From Halobellus sp. (GTDB lineage Archaea; Halobacteriota; Halobacteria; Halobacteriales; Haloferacaceae), in the NCBI RefSeq assembly GCF_042218505.1, contig NZ_JBDGQZ010000003.1, positions 19,353 through 59,352 of the forward strand: a stretch of DNA of 40,000 nt. The letters are read 5' to 3'. A model generated the notes under the pieces. The model was not told the DNA's origin. It searched no databases and was given only the letters and a program-made list of their open reading frames with translations. Numbering within the stretch: the stretch's first letter is position 1; every line of letters starts with the position of its first letter. Shown in pieces: positions 25,063 to 34,352 of this stretch. The position numbers were made by a program, and so were the translations under genes.

Positions 25063-26160
25063 ATGAGTCAACCGAGCCCCGAGGTCTACGAGCGCGGAAA
25101 GGGGATGGACGCCCACAATCAGGTGATGCGCGAGATCCGGGCCAAGAAAGACAAGCAGTACGACCCCCACGAGCCGACCCGGGTCTGGCTCGATGAGGAC
25201 AACACCCCCGACGGTGTGGTCCAGTCGCTGACAATCATCCTCAACACCGGCGGATGCCGGTGGGCCCGCGCCGGCGGGTGTACGATGTGCGGGTACGTCG
25301 CCGAGTCGGTCGAGGGCGGGAGCGTCACCCACGACGCGCTGATGGACCAAATCGACGTCTGCCTCGAACACGAGGCCGAAAACGCCGATGAGCCGGCGGA
25401 CCTGATCAAGATCTACACCTCGGGATCGTTCCTCGACGAGCGCGAAGTCGGTGCCAAGACGCGGAAAGCGATCGCCGAGACGTTCGCAGACCGCGAGCGC
25501 ATCGTCGTCGAGTCCCTCCCTGACTTCGTCGAACGCGAGAAGATCGCCGACTTCACCGACGAGGAGATCTCGACCGACGTCGCAATCGGCTTGGAGACGG
25601 CCACGGATCGCGTCCGCCACGACTGCGTGAACAAGTACTTCGACTTCGCGGATTTCGAGGCCGCCTGCGCCGAGGCCCGCGACGCCGACATCGAGGCCAG
25701 CGGCTGCGACGTCGGCGTGAAAGCGTATCTCCTGATGAAGCCGCCCTTCCTCTCGGAGTCGGAAGCGATCGACGATATGGTCTCCTCCGTCCGGCGGTGC
25801 GCCGGCGTCGACGGGTGCCACACCGTCTCGATGAATCCGACGAACGTCCAGCGGTACACGATGGTCGACGACCTCTTTTTCGGTGGCGGATACCGTCCGC
25901 CGTGGCTCTGGTCGGTCGCTGCAGTGCTCGAACGGACGGCCGACATCGACGCCATCATCGTCTCCGACCCCGTCGGTCACGGCTCCGACCGCGGGCCGCA
26001 CAACTGCGGCGAGTGCGACGATCGAGTACAGAAGGCAATAAAGGACTTCGACAAGCGCCAGGATCCGTCGGTGTTCGAGCAGGTCTCCTGTGAGTGTGAG
26101 ACTACCTGGGAGTACGTCGTTGAGGCCGAAACGAGCTACGGGATGCCGCTAACTCGCTGA
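25063..26160 (+). CDS. raSEA: Radical SAM protein of the archaeosine-biosynthesis RaSEA type (TIGR01210-like)
   Basis: Starts at MSQPSPEVYERGKG (ATG 25063, with GATATACC about 28 nt upstream). The Cys cluster NTGGCRWARAGGCTMCGY and the overall length (365 aa) match my recollection of RaSEA. The 42-codon 5' extension in the track ORF was rejected. Confidence 0.82.
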   Translation: MSQPSPEVYERGKGMDAHNQVMREIRAKKDKQYDPHEPTRVWLDEDNTPDGVVQSLTIILNTGGCRWARAGGCTMCGYVAESVEGGSVTHDALMDQIDVCLEHEAENADEPADLIKIYTSGSFLDEREVGAKTRKAIAETFADRERIVVESLPDFVEREKIADFTDEEISTDVAIGLETATDRVRHDCVNKYFDFADFEAACAEARDADIEASGCDVGVKAYLLMKPPFLSESEAIDDMVSSVRRCAGVDGCHTVSMNPTNVQRYTMVDDLFFGGGYRPPWLWSVAAVLERTADIDAIIVSDPVGHGSDRGPHNCGECDDRVQKAIKDFDKRQDPSVFEQVSCECETTWEYVVEAETSYGMPLTR

Positions 26161-26505
26161 CCCACTCAGTCGAGACGACACGATGGACACCGTTCGGAGC
26201 GACGACGGAGGGCCCGAGGCAGCGGACGTCACCCAGAGGAGCAATCGCGTGAGGGGCGCGTCTACGTCGTCGCCGTGCAGTCGGACGCCTTCGAGCGCTG
26301 TCGGAACGGATTCCACCCGGCACCGTGTTCGTACGATCGGACGCGGGAGCCGATCGAATGTCTCGCGCTGTACCGAACCGCACGCATCTCGGCGATCACG
26401 TATTTGCCCCGTGACTGACCGCACGGAGCGGACCCGGGGCGGTCCCGGTCCGATGAGTGAAGCCGACGCGCTCGACAGCCTCCCGGACGTCGCAATCGCA
26501 CCCGA

Positions 26506-26901
26506 TCACCACCGGCGAGCGCGCGAGACCAGGAACCCGGCCCCGGCGATAACCAGAACGACGGCCCCGACGACAAGAGTCCCGCTCCCAAGGGCGGTCC
26601 CGGCAGCCACGCCGGCCCACGCCACCCCGAAGATGCCGTGGGCGATTCCGAACAGCCGGCGACCCCGCCGGAGGAAAACCGGGGCTCCGAGACAGAAGCC
26701 GGCCGCCAGGACCACCGACGAGAGGGCGACGGGACGGGCCTCGAGGGAACCGACGGCGATCGGCCCCACCAGCGGTTCGACAAGAAAGAGCGCGCCACCC
26801 GCGGCGACGAGGAGGCCGACGACGGCGGGCCACCGTTCGATGTCGAGTTCGAGCGGGGATATGCTGGTCACGGGACCCTCCGGATCGGACTCGCCGCTCA
26901 C
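26506..26901 (-). CDS. Hypothetical polytopic membrane protein
   Basis: 131 aa with a GTG start and 3-4 Gly/Ala/Val-rich hydrophobic segments after an acidic N-terminus. Confidence 0.55.
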   Translation of the reverse strand: MSGESDPEGPVTSISPLELDIERWPAVVGLLVAAGGALFLVEPLVGPIAVGSLEARPVALSSVVLAAGFCLGAPVFLRRGRRLFGIAHGIFGVAWAGVAAGTALGSGTLVVGAVVLVIAGAGFLVSRARRW

Positions 26902-26990
26902 GAGGGATCGTCCTCCAAGCGGCGCTGGTGACGGTGCATACCGGGGATTCGACCCGAGCGGATTGAACCTTTGGACCGGGGGGTGTCCCC

Positions 26991-27677
26991 TCAGGCGAAG
27001 GCTGATAGGATCCCCTGGCCGTCGGTGCTCCGGCCGAGGTCGGGGAGCGTCGCGCGCTCGGGGTGCGGCATCAGGACCGCCACGTTCGGGCGCTCACCGG
27101 TGATGCCGGCAACGTTCCCGCGCGAGCCGTTGGGGTTCGCCGTGTCGGTGACGTTCCCCGCCGGATCGCAGTACCGAAACAGGATTCGATCGTCGGCGAC
27201 GAGGTCGTCGTACCGATCTTCGCCGATCTCGAAGCGACCCTCGCCGTGGGCGATCGGGATCTCGATCACGTCGCCCTCGTCGTAGGCGGCGGTCCACGGC
27301 GTCGCCGCGTTCTCGACGCGGAGGTGGACGGTCTCACACTGGAAGCGCGCGCTGGCGTTGGTCGTGAACGCGCCCGGGATCAGTTCCGATTCGCAGCCGA
27401 CCTGTGCGCCGTTGCAGACGCCCAGAACGGGGACGCCGTCTTCGGCCGCCTCGCGGACGTCGTCCATAATCGGCGAGCGAGCGGCCATCGCTCCCGCGCG
27501 GAGGTAATCTCCGTAGGAGAATCCGCCCGGGAGAAGAACGCCGTCGACGTCAGACGGGAGGCCGCCCTCGTGCCAGACGCGCTCGGCGTCGACGCCCAGG
27601 TGTGAGAACGCGCGGACGGCGTCGCGGTCGCAGTTAGAGCCGCCGAACTGGACAACAGCGACTGTCACGGCGACCAC
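26991..27677 (-). CDS. purQ: Phosphoribosylformylglycinamidine synthase subunit PurQ (glutaminase)
   Basis: Contains VVQFGGSNCDRD, the catalytic Cys in LGVCNGAQ, and MPHPER. The start is GTG at 27677 or GTG at 27668. Confidence 0.93.
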   Translation of the reverse strand: MVAVTVAVVQFGGSNCDRDAVRAFSHLGVDAERVWHEGGLPSDVDGVLLPGGFSYGDYLRAGAMAARSPIMDDVREAAEDGVPVLGVCNGAQVGCESELIPGAFTTNASARFQCETVHLRVENAATPWTAAYDEGDVIEIPIAHGEGRFEIGEDRYDDLVADDRILFRYCDPAGNVTDTANPNGSRGNVAGITGERPNVAVLMPHPERATLPDLGRSTDGQGILSAFA

Positions 27678-27717
27678 CTCTCGTGGGGAGCAGCGAGAGG
27701 CGCTGTCGAGACGACGG

Positions 27718-27972
27718 TCATTCCGCCTCCCTCACCTCGACGTCGTAGTCGTGGATGGTCGGGTTCGCGAGGAGGCGCTCGGCCATCTCGTCGGCCCGGT
27801 CGGCCGCCGCGTCGGGGGAGTCGGCGTCGAGGTCGACCTCGAACTGGTCCGCCGAGCGAAGCGACTCCAGTTCGAATCCCAGGCGCTCGAGCGCGCGCTC
27901 TGTCGTCTCGGCCTCGGGGTCCAGCACGCCCCGCTTGAGGCGGACGGTCACCGTCGCGGTGTAGCTCGTCAT
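27718..27972 (-). CDS. purS: Phosphoribosylformylglycinamidine synthase subunit PurS
   Basis: 84 aa from ATG 27972: MTSYTATVTVRLKRGVLDPEAETTERALERLGF.. is typical of PurS. It lies directly upstream of purQ. Confidence 0.9.
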   Translation of the reverse strand: MTSYTATVTVRLKRGVLDPEAETTERALERLGFELESLRSADQFEVDLDADSPDAAADRADEMAERLLANPTIHDYDVEVREAE

Positions 27973-28136
27973 TGCTCCGACGTGCGCGGTCGTGTGTAAA
28001 AGTCGTTTTGGACTCCCACGGGTGTGCACGAACGTGAATGTGCGCTCGTCCTCGGGGTCGTCTTCGATTGTACGGCGACGATCGGGGCGGCCGACGAGCG
28101 ACGGCTCGTCCGAGGAGTCTTCGACGACACCGCCGA

Positions 28137-29195
28137 TCAGAGGTCGCGGACGTGATCGACCGCGGTTTCGACCGCCGGCGCGTCGAACCAGTCGGTCCCG
28201 GTGTACGCGTTCGTTCCGGCAGCGTAGAGATCCGAGACGGCGTCGAGGACCTCGGCGGGCAGCGGGTCGGGCGAACGCTCACAGAGGTCCCGCCAGTCGG
28301 CGACGCCCGCCTCACGGGCCTGCGACTTTGCCGCGGAGACCGCCTCGATCCACTCGGGATCCGTGCGCTTGTAATACTGCCTGACGACCTCCTTCGAGAC
28401 TTCCTGGCCCTGGTACGAAAACCGGTTCTCGTCGAACGTCCCGACTACGTCGGCGACCGCGACCTCGCCTCCCTGGTAGAGGCACTCGATCTTGCCGTCC
28501 TCGTGGACGAACCCGCGCGCGTCGGCCTCGCGGTTCAGCACGTCGTTGACGGCGAGTGCGAGGGATTCGAGTTCGTCGAGATCGGCTGTCCCGGCGATCC
28601 GGTCCGCCTCCTCGCAGTCCAGGTATCGGTCCTGTTCCTCGTACTTCGTCGAGAACTCGACGACCGGTTCGGGGAGGGCGACGACGCCGTCGGGCCACGA
28701 CTCGCGGTCGAGGCCGTAATCCGCGGGTGTCCCGCGCGAGCGAAGGCTCGACCCCTCGGGGACAGTGTTGCGGAAGACAACCTCCAAGGGGATCAGGTAG
28801 TTCTCGCCCGCGGCGTCGTGGTACGCGTCGTAGTCGTAGTCATCGTCGCCGAGGTAGGGGAGGGCCGGAACCTGTGTGAGTTCGATTGCCATCTCCGTCG
28901 GCGGGGCGTCGCACTCGTCGAGTAGCAGAGGGTCGGTGGCGGGATCGGCGTCGTCGGCCGCGTCGTCACTCCCCGGATCGACGACGCCGAGGTAATGCGT
29001 CGGAATCTCCTCGGCTTCGAGTCGCTCGAAATTGTACGCACCCATCGTACACAGCGACGCGCCCTTCTCGGGCACGTGATCGGGCATCTTCCCCCAGTCG
29101 AAAACGGAGTACTGGTCGGTGAAGACGAACCGCCCGCGGCCCACCGCAGTCGCCGTCGGCTCCGTCTCGACGCGGAACTCCTTGACGCTCGTCAT
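28137..29195 (-). CDS. purC: Phosphoribosylaminoimidazole-succinocarboxamide synthase (SAICAR synthetase)
   Basis: Starts at MTSVKEF (ATG 29195). It contains [21 protein letters not shown] and an acidic halophile insertion. Its context next to purS and purQ supports the call. Confidence 0.92.
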   Translation of the reverse strand: MTSVKEFRVETEPTATAVGRGRFVFTDQYSVFDWGKMPDHVPEKGASLCTMGAYNFERLEAEEIPTHYLGVVDPGSDDAADDADPATDPLLLDECDAPPTEMAIELTQVPALPYLGDDDYDYDAYHDAAGENYLIPLEVVFRNTVPEGSSLRSRGTPADYGLDRESWPDGVVALPEPVVEFSTKYEEQDRYLDCEEADRIAGTADLDELESLALAVNDVLNREADARGFVHEDGKIECLYQGGEVAVADVVGTFDENRFSYQGQEVSKEVVRQYYKRTDPEWIEAVSAAKSQAREAGVADWRDLCERSPDPLPAEVLDAVSDLYAAGTNAYTGTDWFDAPAVETAVDHVRDL

Positions 29196-29367
29196 ACGCC
29201 GAACTGGCGTCGCCATCGCACAAGAAGCCTTCCACTCCCGGGCGGGCCCTGTGAGTCAGTCGCCTATTCCGTGTACTACCGATTCCGGACGTGACGGAGC
29301 AGTACCGGTTGGCGGGATGTTCCGGTATCTCGCAGTTTTTTATCCACTGACGCGTTATATAAATCAT

Positions 29368-30786
29368 ATGCGCGAGCGACCGGCACCATCGGAGGCCCCT
29401 CTCGGTGCCGACTCCGACGCCGACTTCCACTTCGACATCGTTCCGGAGACCGACCAGTCGTTCGAGAACGCGCTGGCGAAAGCGCGAGCGGGCGGGCGTC
29501 TGACTGTCGACGACGGAATCGAGCTCATCGCGACCGGGACCGAGCACAGGGGGATCGATCCCGTCCGAAAAGAACAGGTACTCGAAGCCGCCGACCGCCG
29601 GCGCGCCTCGGTCGTCGGCGAGGACGTGACGTTCGTCGCGAACCTGAACAACAACGTCACGACCGCCTGCAACACGGGTTGTCTGTTCTGCAATTTCAAG
29701 GACACCGCCCACCAGTTCGAGTCCGCGAACGACGGTGAGCACGCGGGTTTCACGAAGACGCCCGCGGAGTCGCGGTCGATTGTCACCGACGCGCTCGAGA
29801 TGGGGATCTACGAGGTGACGTCGGTTTCGGGACTCCACCCCGCGTTCGCCCTGAGCGACGAGCACCACGAGATCCTCAAGTCGTTCGACGACCCCGCCCG
29901 CGAGGTCGACTACAAACCGCCCGCCGTCTACGACACCGATCCGGGGACTTACCTCGACCAGATGCGTGCAATGTCCGTCGGCGACGTCCACCTGCACTCG
30001 ATGACGCCCGAGGAGGCCGCCCACGCTCGCCGGGGGACCGACTGGTCCTACGAGGCGGTCTACCGGGAGTTGAAAGCGGCGGGACTGGACTCCGCGCCGG
30101 GAACAGCCGCAGAGATCCTCGTCGAGGAAGTCCGGGACGTGATCTGTCCGGGGAAGATCTCCAGCGACGAGTGGATCGCGGGGATGGAAGGCGCGATGGC
30201 GGCCGGCCTCGACGTGACCGCGACGATGATGTACGGGCACGTCGAGAACGCCGCCCATCGGATCCACCACCTGAAAACGGTCCGCGACCTCCAGGACCGA
30301 CTCGGCGGCATCACGGAGTTCGTCCCGTTGTCGTTCGTGCACCAGAACACCCCGCTCTACGAGCGCGGCGTCGTCGGCGGGGGCGCGAGCGACGCCGAGG
30401 ATGAACTGGTCATCGCAGTGTCGCGGCTCTTCCTCGACAACATCGAGAACGTGCAGGCTTCGTGGGTCAAATTCGGCAACGCGAAGGGACTGAAACTGCT
30501 CAACTGCGGCGCGAACGATTTTATGGGAACGATCCTCTCCGAGGAGATCACGACGCGCGCCGGCGGCACCTACGGGGAGTTCCGCTCGGTCGCGGACTAC
30601 GTGGAGATGGCCGCAGCCATCGGGCGGCCCGCGGTCGAACGCTCGACTGACTACCGGACTCAGCGCGTCGTCGACCCCGACGACAACCCACTCGGGCCGC
30701 GCCTCGGACCGCGTGCGGACGGCACGCCGTTGCTCGACGGGCGCGGCGGCGCCGATAGAATCGAACCGACGCCCGCCGACGACTGA
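29368..30786 (+). CDS. cofH: FO (7,8-didemethyl-8-hydroxy-5-deazariboflavin) synthase subunit CofH
   Basis: Radical SAM motif CNTGCLFCNF. The segment ..ITEFVPLSFVHQNTPLY.. and the tail MGTILSEEITTRAGG are typical of CofH/MqnC-type enzymes. ATG 29368 is preceded by a T-rich box about 25 nt upstream. The track ORF start at 29119 lies inside purC on the opposite strand. Confidence 0.92.
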   Translation: MRERPAPSEAPLGADSDADFHFDIVPETDQSFENALAKARAGGRLTVDDGIELIATGTEHRGIDPVRKEQVLEAADRRRASVVGEDVTFVANLNNNVTTACNTGCLFCNFKDTAHQFESANDGEHAGFTKTPAESRSIVTDALEMGIYEVTSVSGLHPAFALSDEHHEILKSFDDPAREVDYKPPAVYDTDPGTYLDQMRAMSVGDVHLHSMTPEEAAHARRGTDWSYEAVYRELKAAGLDSAPGTAAEILVEEVRDVICPGKISSDEWIAGMEGAMAAGLDVTATMMYGHVENAAHRIHHLKTVRDLQDRLGGITEFVPLSFVHQNTPLYERGVVGGGASDAEDELVIAVSRLFLDNIENVQASWVKFGNAKGLKLLNCGANDFMGTILSEEITTRAGGTYGEFRSVADYVEMAAAIGRPAVERSTDYRTQRVVDPDDNPLGPRLGPRADGTPLLDGRGGADRIEPTPADD

Positions 30787-30855
30787 GTTCGGAGTGAGCG
30801 TCGCCCACGCGACAGCCTGCGGTCAGACTCAAGTCTGTCGGACTCCTTCAATCGG

Positions 30856-31407
30856 GTGATGATGGTCACCACACACGTGGCCGCCGGACTCCTCCTGGCC
30901 GCGCCGGTGGCGGTAGTCGCGCCCGCGTTCGCACTCCCCGCGGCCGTCGGGGCCGTCCTCGGCGGTATCCTCCCCGACGTGGACCTGTTCGTCGGCGTCC
31001 ATCGCAAGACGCTGCACTTTCCGATCTACTACTCGCTCGCGGGTGCCGTCACCGCCGTAGTAGCGGTCCTCTATCCCGGTCCGTTCGCCGTTGGGGCCGC
31101 CCTGTTCTTCCTCGCCGCCGGCCTCCACTCGGCGTCGGACTGGCTGGGGGCGGGCGACGAACTCCGCCCGTGGAAGCGGACCTCCCAGCGCGCCGTCTAC
31201 CTCCATCCGCGCCGCACCTGGCTCCGGCCGCGCTATCTGATCCGCTACGACGGTGCCCCGGAGGACTTCGCGCTCACGCTCGTCCTCGCAGTTCCGGCCG
31301 CTGTCGCCTTCGACGGCCTGATCCGCGCACTCGTCGTCGGTGGAGTCCTCGTCGCGTTCGGCTACACGCTCGTCCGAAAACGAGTGCCCGAGTGGCTCGG
31401 AATCTGA
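30856..31407 (+). CDS. Membrane-bound metal-dependent hydrolase-like protein (YdjM/DUF457-like)
   Basis: 183 aa with 4-5 hydrophobic helices and His/Asp positions (TTHVAAG, ILPDVDLF, HSASDW) reminiscent of the DUF457 family. Three start candidates exist: GTG 30856, ATG 30859 and ATG 30862. Confidence 0.65.
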   Translation: MMMVTTHVAAGLLLAAPVAVVAPAFALPAAVGAVLGGILPDVDLFVGVHRKTLHFPIYYSLAGAVTAVVAVLYPGPFAVGAALFFLAAGLHSASDWLGAGDELRPWKRTSQRAVYLHPRRTWLRPRYLIRYDGAPEDFALTLVLAVPAAVAFDGLIRALVVGGVLVAFGYTLVRKRVPEWLGI

Positions 31408-31436
31408 GCGGGGCCACCGCCCGTCGGAGCCCCCGG

Positions 31437-32627
31437 TCAGTCGGCTGATCCGCTCGACGTCGCCGGTACCTCGACCGACAGGGGCCCATCGCGCTGTGCG
31501 ACCCCTCGGTAGCGTGCGCCGTGGACGTCGTCGGCGGTAATCGCGGCGACAATCGGCTCCGAGAGCCAGGATCCCGCAGCGCCCGCGCCCCCGAAGTCCG
31601 TTCGCCTGAGTTCGGACGGGAGGTAGCGGTCGTACACCGGGAGCCGTTCGTACAGCGGCACGTCGGCCGACGCGGCGATATCAGTCAGTTCGCGGAGGGC
31701 GGGCCAGTCGTAGTCGGGATTGACGTAATCCTCGGTCACTGGAGAGACCCCACCCAAATCGTCGACGCCGCAGTCAAGCAGTTCTCGCGTCGGCGAGAGA
31801 TTCGGCGGGACTTGCACCGAAATCTCTGCTGGCAACGCGGCCCGGGCCATCGCCACAGTGCGGCGCATCGTCTCTACGCTGGGACGCTGGAAGTCCGAGC
31901 GCTCGTTGGGGACGACGTTCTGGACAATCACTTCCTGCACGTGATCGTAGCGCTCGTGCAGCGCCCGGATCGCCAGCAGGCTCTTGGCGCGGTCACGCCA
32001 GGTCTCGCCGATGCCGACGAGCAGTCCGGTCGTGAATGGGACGCCGATCTCACCGGCCGCGCGGATGGTGTTGAGCCGCTGGCCGGGCGTCTTCCGCCGG
32101 CCACCAGCGTGTGCGTCGACGTCCGCCGTCGTCTCCAGCATCACGCCCATACTGGCGTTCACCGGCCCGAGTCGCTCGAAATCTGGTTCGGTGATATCTC
32201 CCGGGTTCGAGTGCGGGAGGAGTCCCTCTTCGAGCGCGATCTCACAGCAGTCCCGGAGGTACTCGAGGATGTCGTCGTAGCCCCATTCAGCCAACTGGTC
32301 GTGGATCTGCGTGTACCGGTCGTCCGGCGCGTCGCCGAAGGTGAAGAGCGCCTCCGTACACCCGGCGTCGGAACCGACGCGGAGTTGCGATCTGACATCC
32401 TCGGGCGAGAGCAGCGTGGCTTCGCCCGGGACGTCGTAGTACGTGCAGTACGTGCAGGTGTAGCGGCAGGCGGTCGTCAACGGGAGAAAGACGTTTCGCG
32501 CGAAGGTGAGTTCCGAGGCCGCCGCGACGTCGTCGGGCGTCACCGCGAGCAGGCGCTCAACGGCGGACTCCCGGATCGAAATCTCGGCAGCGAGCTCACC
32601 CTGATACGCGTCGGCCCCTGAGAACAT
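31437..32627 (-). CDS. cofG: FO synthase subunit CofG
   Basis: Starts at MFSGADAYQ (ATG 32627). It has the radical SAM motif CRYTCTYCTY and the downstream segment ..VQEVIVQNVVPNERSDF.. typical of CofG. The 45-codon track extension runs into the intergenic module. Confidence 0.92.
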   Translation of the reverse strand: MFSGADAYQGELAAEISIRESAVERLLAVTPDDVAAASELTFARNVFLPLTTACRYTCTYCTYYDVPGEATLLSPEDVRSQLRVGSDAGCTEALFTFGDAPDDRYTQIHDQLAEWGYDDILEYLRDCCEIALEEGLLPHSNPGDITEPDFERLGPVNASMGVMLETTADVDAHAGGRRKTPGQRLNTIRAAGEIGVPFTTGLLVGIGETWRDRAKSLLAIRALHERYDHVQEVIVQNVVPNERSDFQRPSVETMRRTVAMARAALPAEISVQVPPNLSPTRELLDCGVDDLGGVSPVTEDYVNPDYDWPALRELTDIAASADVPLYERLPVYDRYLPSELRRTDFGGAGAAGSWLSEPIVAAITADDVHGARYRGVAQRDGPLSVEVPATSSGSAD

Positions 32628-32682
32628 CGTAGCCGTTTCTCGTGCGGGGAGACACAAAACTGTCGTGCTCCGGCCGCGGCCA

Positions 32683-32805
32683 CGAAGATTCATATACCGA
32701 GACGAGGCCAGCGTCCGTATGCGCTGAGAGATGCCCCGCGTCGGGTCGCGGTTGCTCGGCACGTCGGCGCGGGACGAGTGTGAACTTCGGGTGCCGACTG
32801 TACGC
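32683..32805. repeat. Copy B of the two-copy conserved intergenic module
   Basis: See copy A. Copy B consists of the CGAA-GA-TTCATATA head (32683-32696), the 66-nt core (32708-32773), a shorter variable hairpin, and the distal block GTGCCGACTGTACGC (32791-32805). Confidence 0.7.
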
Positions 32806-32836
32806 CCACTTCCCGACGGAGCCAGCAGACGCCAGT

Positions 32837-33541
32837 CTACTCAGTCCCGCGTTGGACTCCCACCCGGCTCTCGCTGTCGTCGACCTCGAACCCCGCCTCG
32901 CGGAGCCACGCTGCCGACCGGCCGTCGGTGTGGAGGAGGACTTCGACGAGGTCTGCCGGTTCGTCGACGTCGCTTGCGAGCCGCATCGAGTCGACGACGC
33001 CGACCGCGAGACCGGCTTCGGCGGCCGCGCGGTGGTGATCCCGGTACGAAGTCCCGTGGTAATCGACCGCGAAGCCGGGATCACGGACGACGAGGGCGTT
33101 CGTGCCGCCGCCGCGTCCCGGAGCGATTGCGACGTCCCCCCCCGCGCTGAATAGTCGGTGGAGCGCTGTCGGCGTTGCGAGCGCGAGGTCGGCCATCACG
33201 ATGGCGACCGCCGCGGTGTCGCCGTCCGCGACCCGGGACAGGACGCCGTTCACCGCCGGCGTCAGCGGCCGATCGTCGACGATTGTCGGGCGATCGGCGA
33301 CCGACTCCGGAACAGCGTCGTCTTCGGCCGCCTCGGACGCCTTCGCGGCGGTATCGGCCGCGCTCTCGGCCACGTCCAGCGGTCGCGGCACGAGCAGTTC
33401 TGGCTCGTGACCGGTGGCTTCGATTGTCGTCACGACGTCCTGAAGCATCGCGAACGCGAACTTGCGTCGCTCTGCGGCGCCCAGAACTGGTTTCAGGCGG
33501 CTTTTGGGGTCGCGATCAGTGAAGGGAACGATCACGTCCAT
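32837..33541 (-). CDS. cofC: 2-phospho-L-lactate (or PEP) guanylyltransferase CofC
   Basis: Starts at [16 protein letters not shown] (ATG 33541). It contains the conserved segment [13 protein letters not shown] and an acidic insertion. Confidence 0.87.
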   Translation of the reverse strand: MDVIVPFTDRDPKSRLKPVLGAAERRKFAFAMLQDVVTTIEATGHEPELLVPRPLDVAESAADTAAKASEAAEDDAVPESVADRPTIVDDRPLTPAVNGVLSRVADGDTAAVAIVMADLALATPTALHRLFSAGGDVAIAPGRGGGTNALVVRDPGFAVDYHGTSYRDHHRAAAEAGLAVGVVDSMRLASDVDEPADLVEVLLHTDGRSAAWLREAGFEVDDSESRVGVQRGTE

Positions 33542-33566
33542 CTGAGAGAAGGGGGCGAGGGAACGC

Positions 33567-34352
33567 TCAGCCGAGTTTGTCTTGCCCCTGCTGCTGGGAG
33601 CGCCAGTAGAGGAACCCACCGACGGCTAGGCCGATTACGACCAGTCCGCCGACGCCGTACAGCGCGAGTTGCATCAGTTGATTCGACTGCTGGGCCTGCT
33701 GGGCTCGCTCTTGAGCCTGCTCAGCAAGGTCGATGGCGAGTCCGAACTCGCCGCCGTTGTACGCGTCGATGGCGTTCCCCAGCGATCGCTCGGCCTCCTG
33801 AGAGTTCACCGAAGAGACGCTGGCGGAGGCGTCGTCGATCGCGTTTCGGGCCTCACGGCTCTGCTCCGTGTAGTGGACCGCCGTCCACTCGTCGATCGCG
33901 TTGTTTGAGCCGCCCTCACGGGTCTGTTCGAGCGAGAGGACGGTGAACGACTGCGCAGGGTCGTACGAGTAACCTCCGACTTCCGGGACGACACCGGTGA
34001 CGCGAACGCGGACCTCGCTGGTCCCGTCAGCGGTGGCGATTTCCGCCCCCGAGAACGACTGGCCGTCGAAAGACTCCTGATCGACCCGCGCTCCGGTCTG
34101 GTCGAAGTACATCACGGTCCAGGTCACCTCGGTCAACTCCGTGGTACCCGCGAGCGTCCACGATTCCAGTGTCGGGTTCTGATACAAGTTTGTTAGTGTC
34201 ACAGTCGCGTTGACCTGACTACCGACCTCTGCGTCGTCGGTCACATCCGTGTCACCGACCGAGACGCCGGCGGCGGGGACCGTCGCAACGGAGAGGACGA
34301 AGAGACAGGCCAGCGCGAGCTTAGAAAAGCGACTCCAACTCGTCTTCGTCAT
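33567..34352 (-). CDS. Secreted, C-terminally membrane-anchored protein of unknown function (CetZ operon partner)
   Basis: It has a Sec-type signal peptide ([29 protein letters not shown]), a beta-rich ectodomain and a helical region with three NAID motifs plus one LAID. A Gln-rich stalk precedes a C-terminal TM helix ([22 protein letters not shown]) and an 11-aa tail. Its ATG lies 32 nt inside the cetZ 3' end. Confidence 0.7.
   Translation of the reverse strand: MTKTSWSRFSKLALACLFVLSVATVPAAGVSVGDTDVTDDAEVGSQVNATVTLTNLYQNPTLESWTLAGTTELTEVTWTVMYFDQTGARVDQESFDGQSFSGAEIATADGTSEVRVRVTGVVPEVGGYSYDPAQSFTVLSLEQTREGGSNNAIDEWTAVHYTEQSREARNAIDDASASVSSVNSQEAERSLGNAIDAYNGGEFGLAIDLAEQAQERAQQAQQSNQLMQLALYGVGGLVVIGLAVGGFLYWRSQQQGQDKLG

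Noticed and set aside
26941-26975. Second T-arm-like stretch downstream of purQ. The minus strand reads CTCGGGTCGAATCCCCGG, with GGTTCAATCC nearby.
   Set aside because: The loop is UCGAAUC, lacking the canonical U54. The would-be acceptor 3' strand has no complement upstream. The 89-nt spacer cannot be folded into a cloverleaf.
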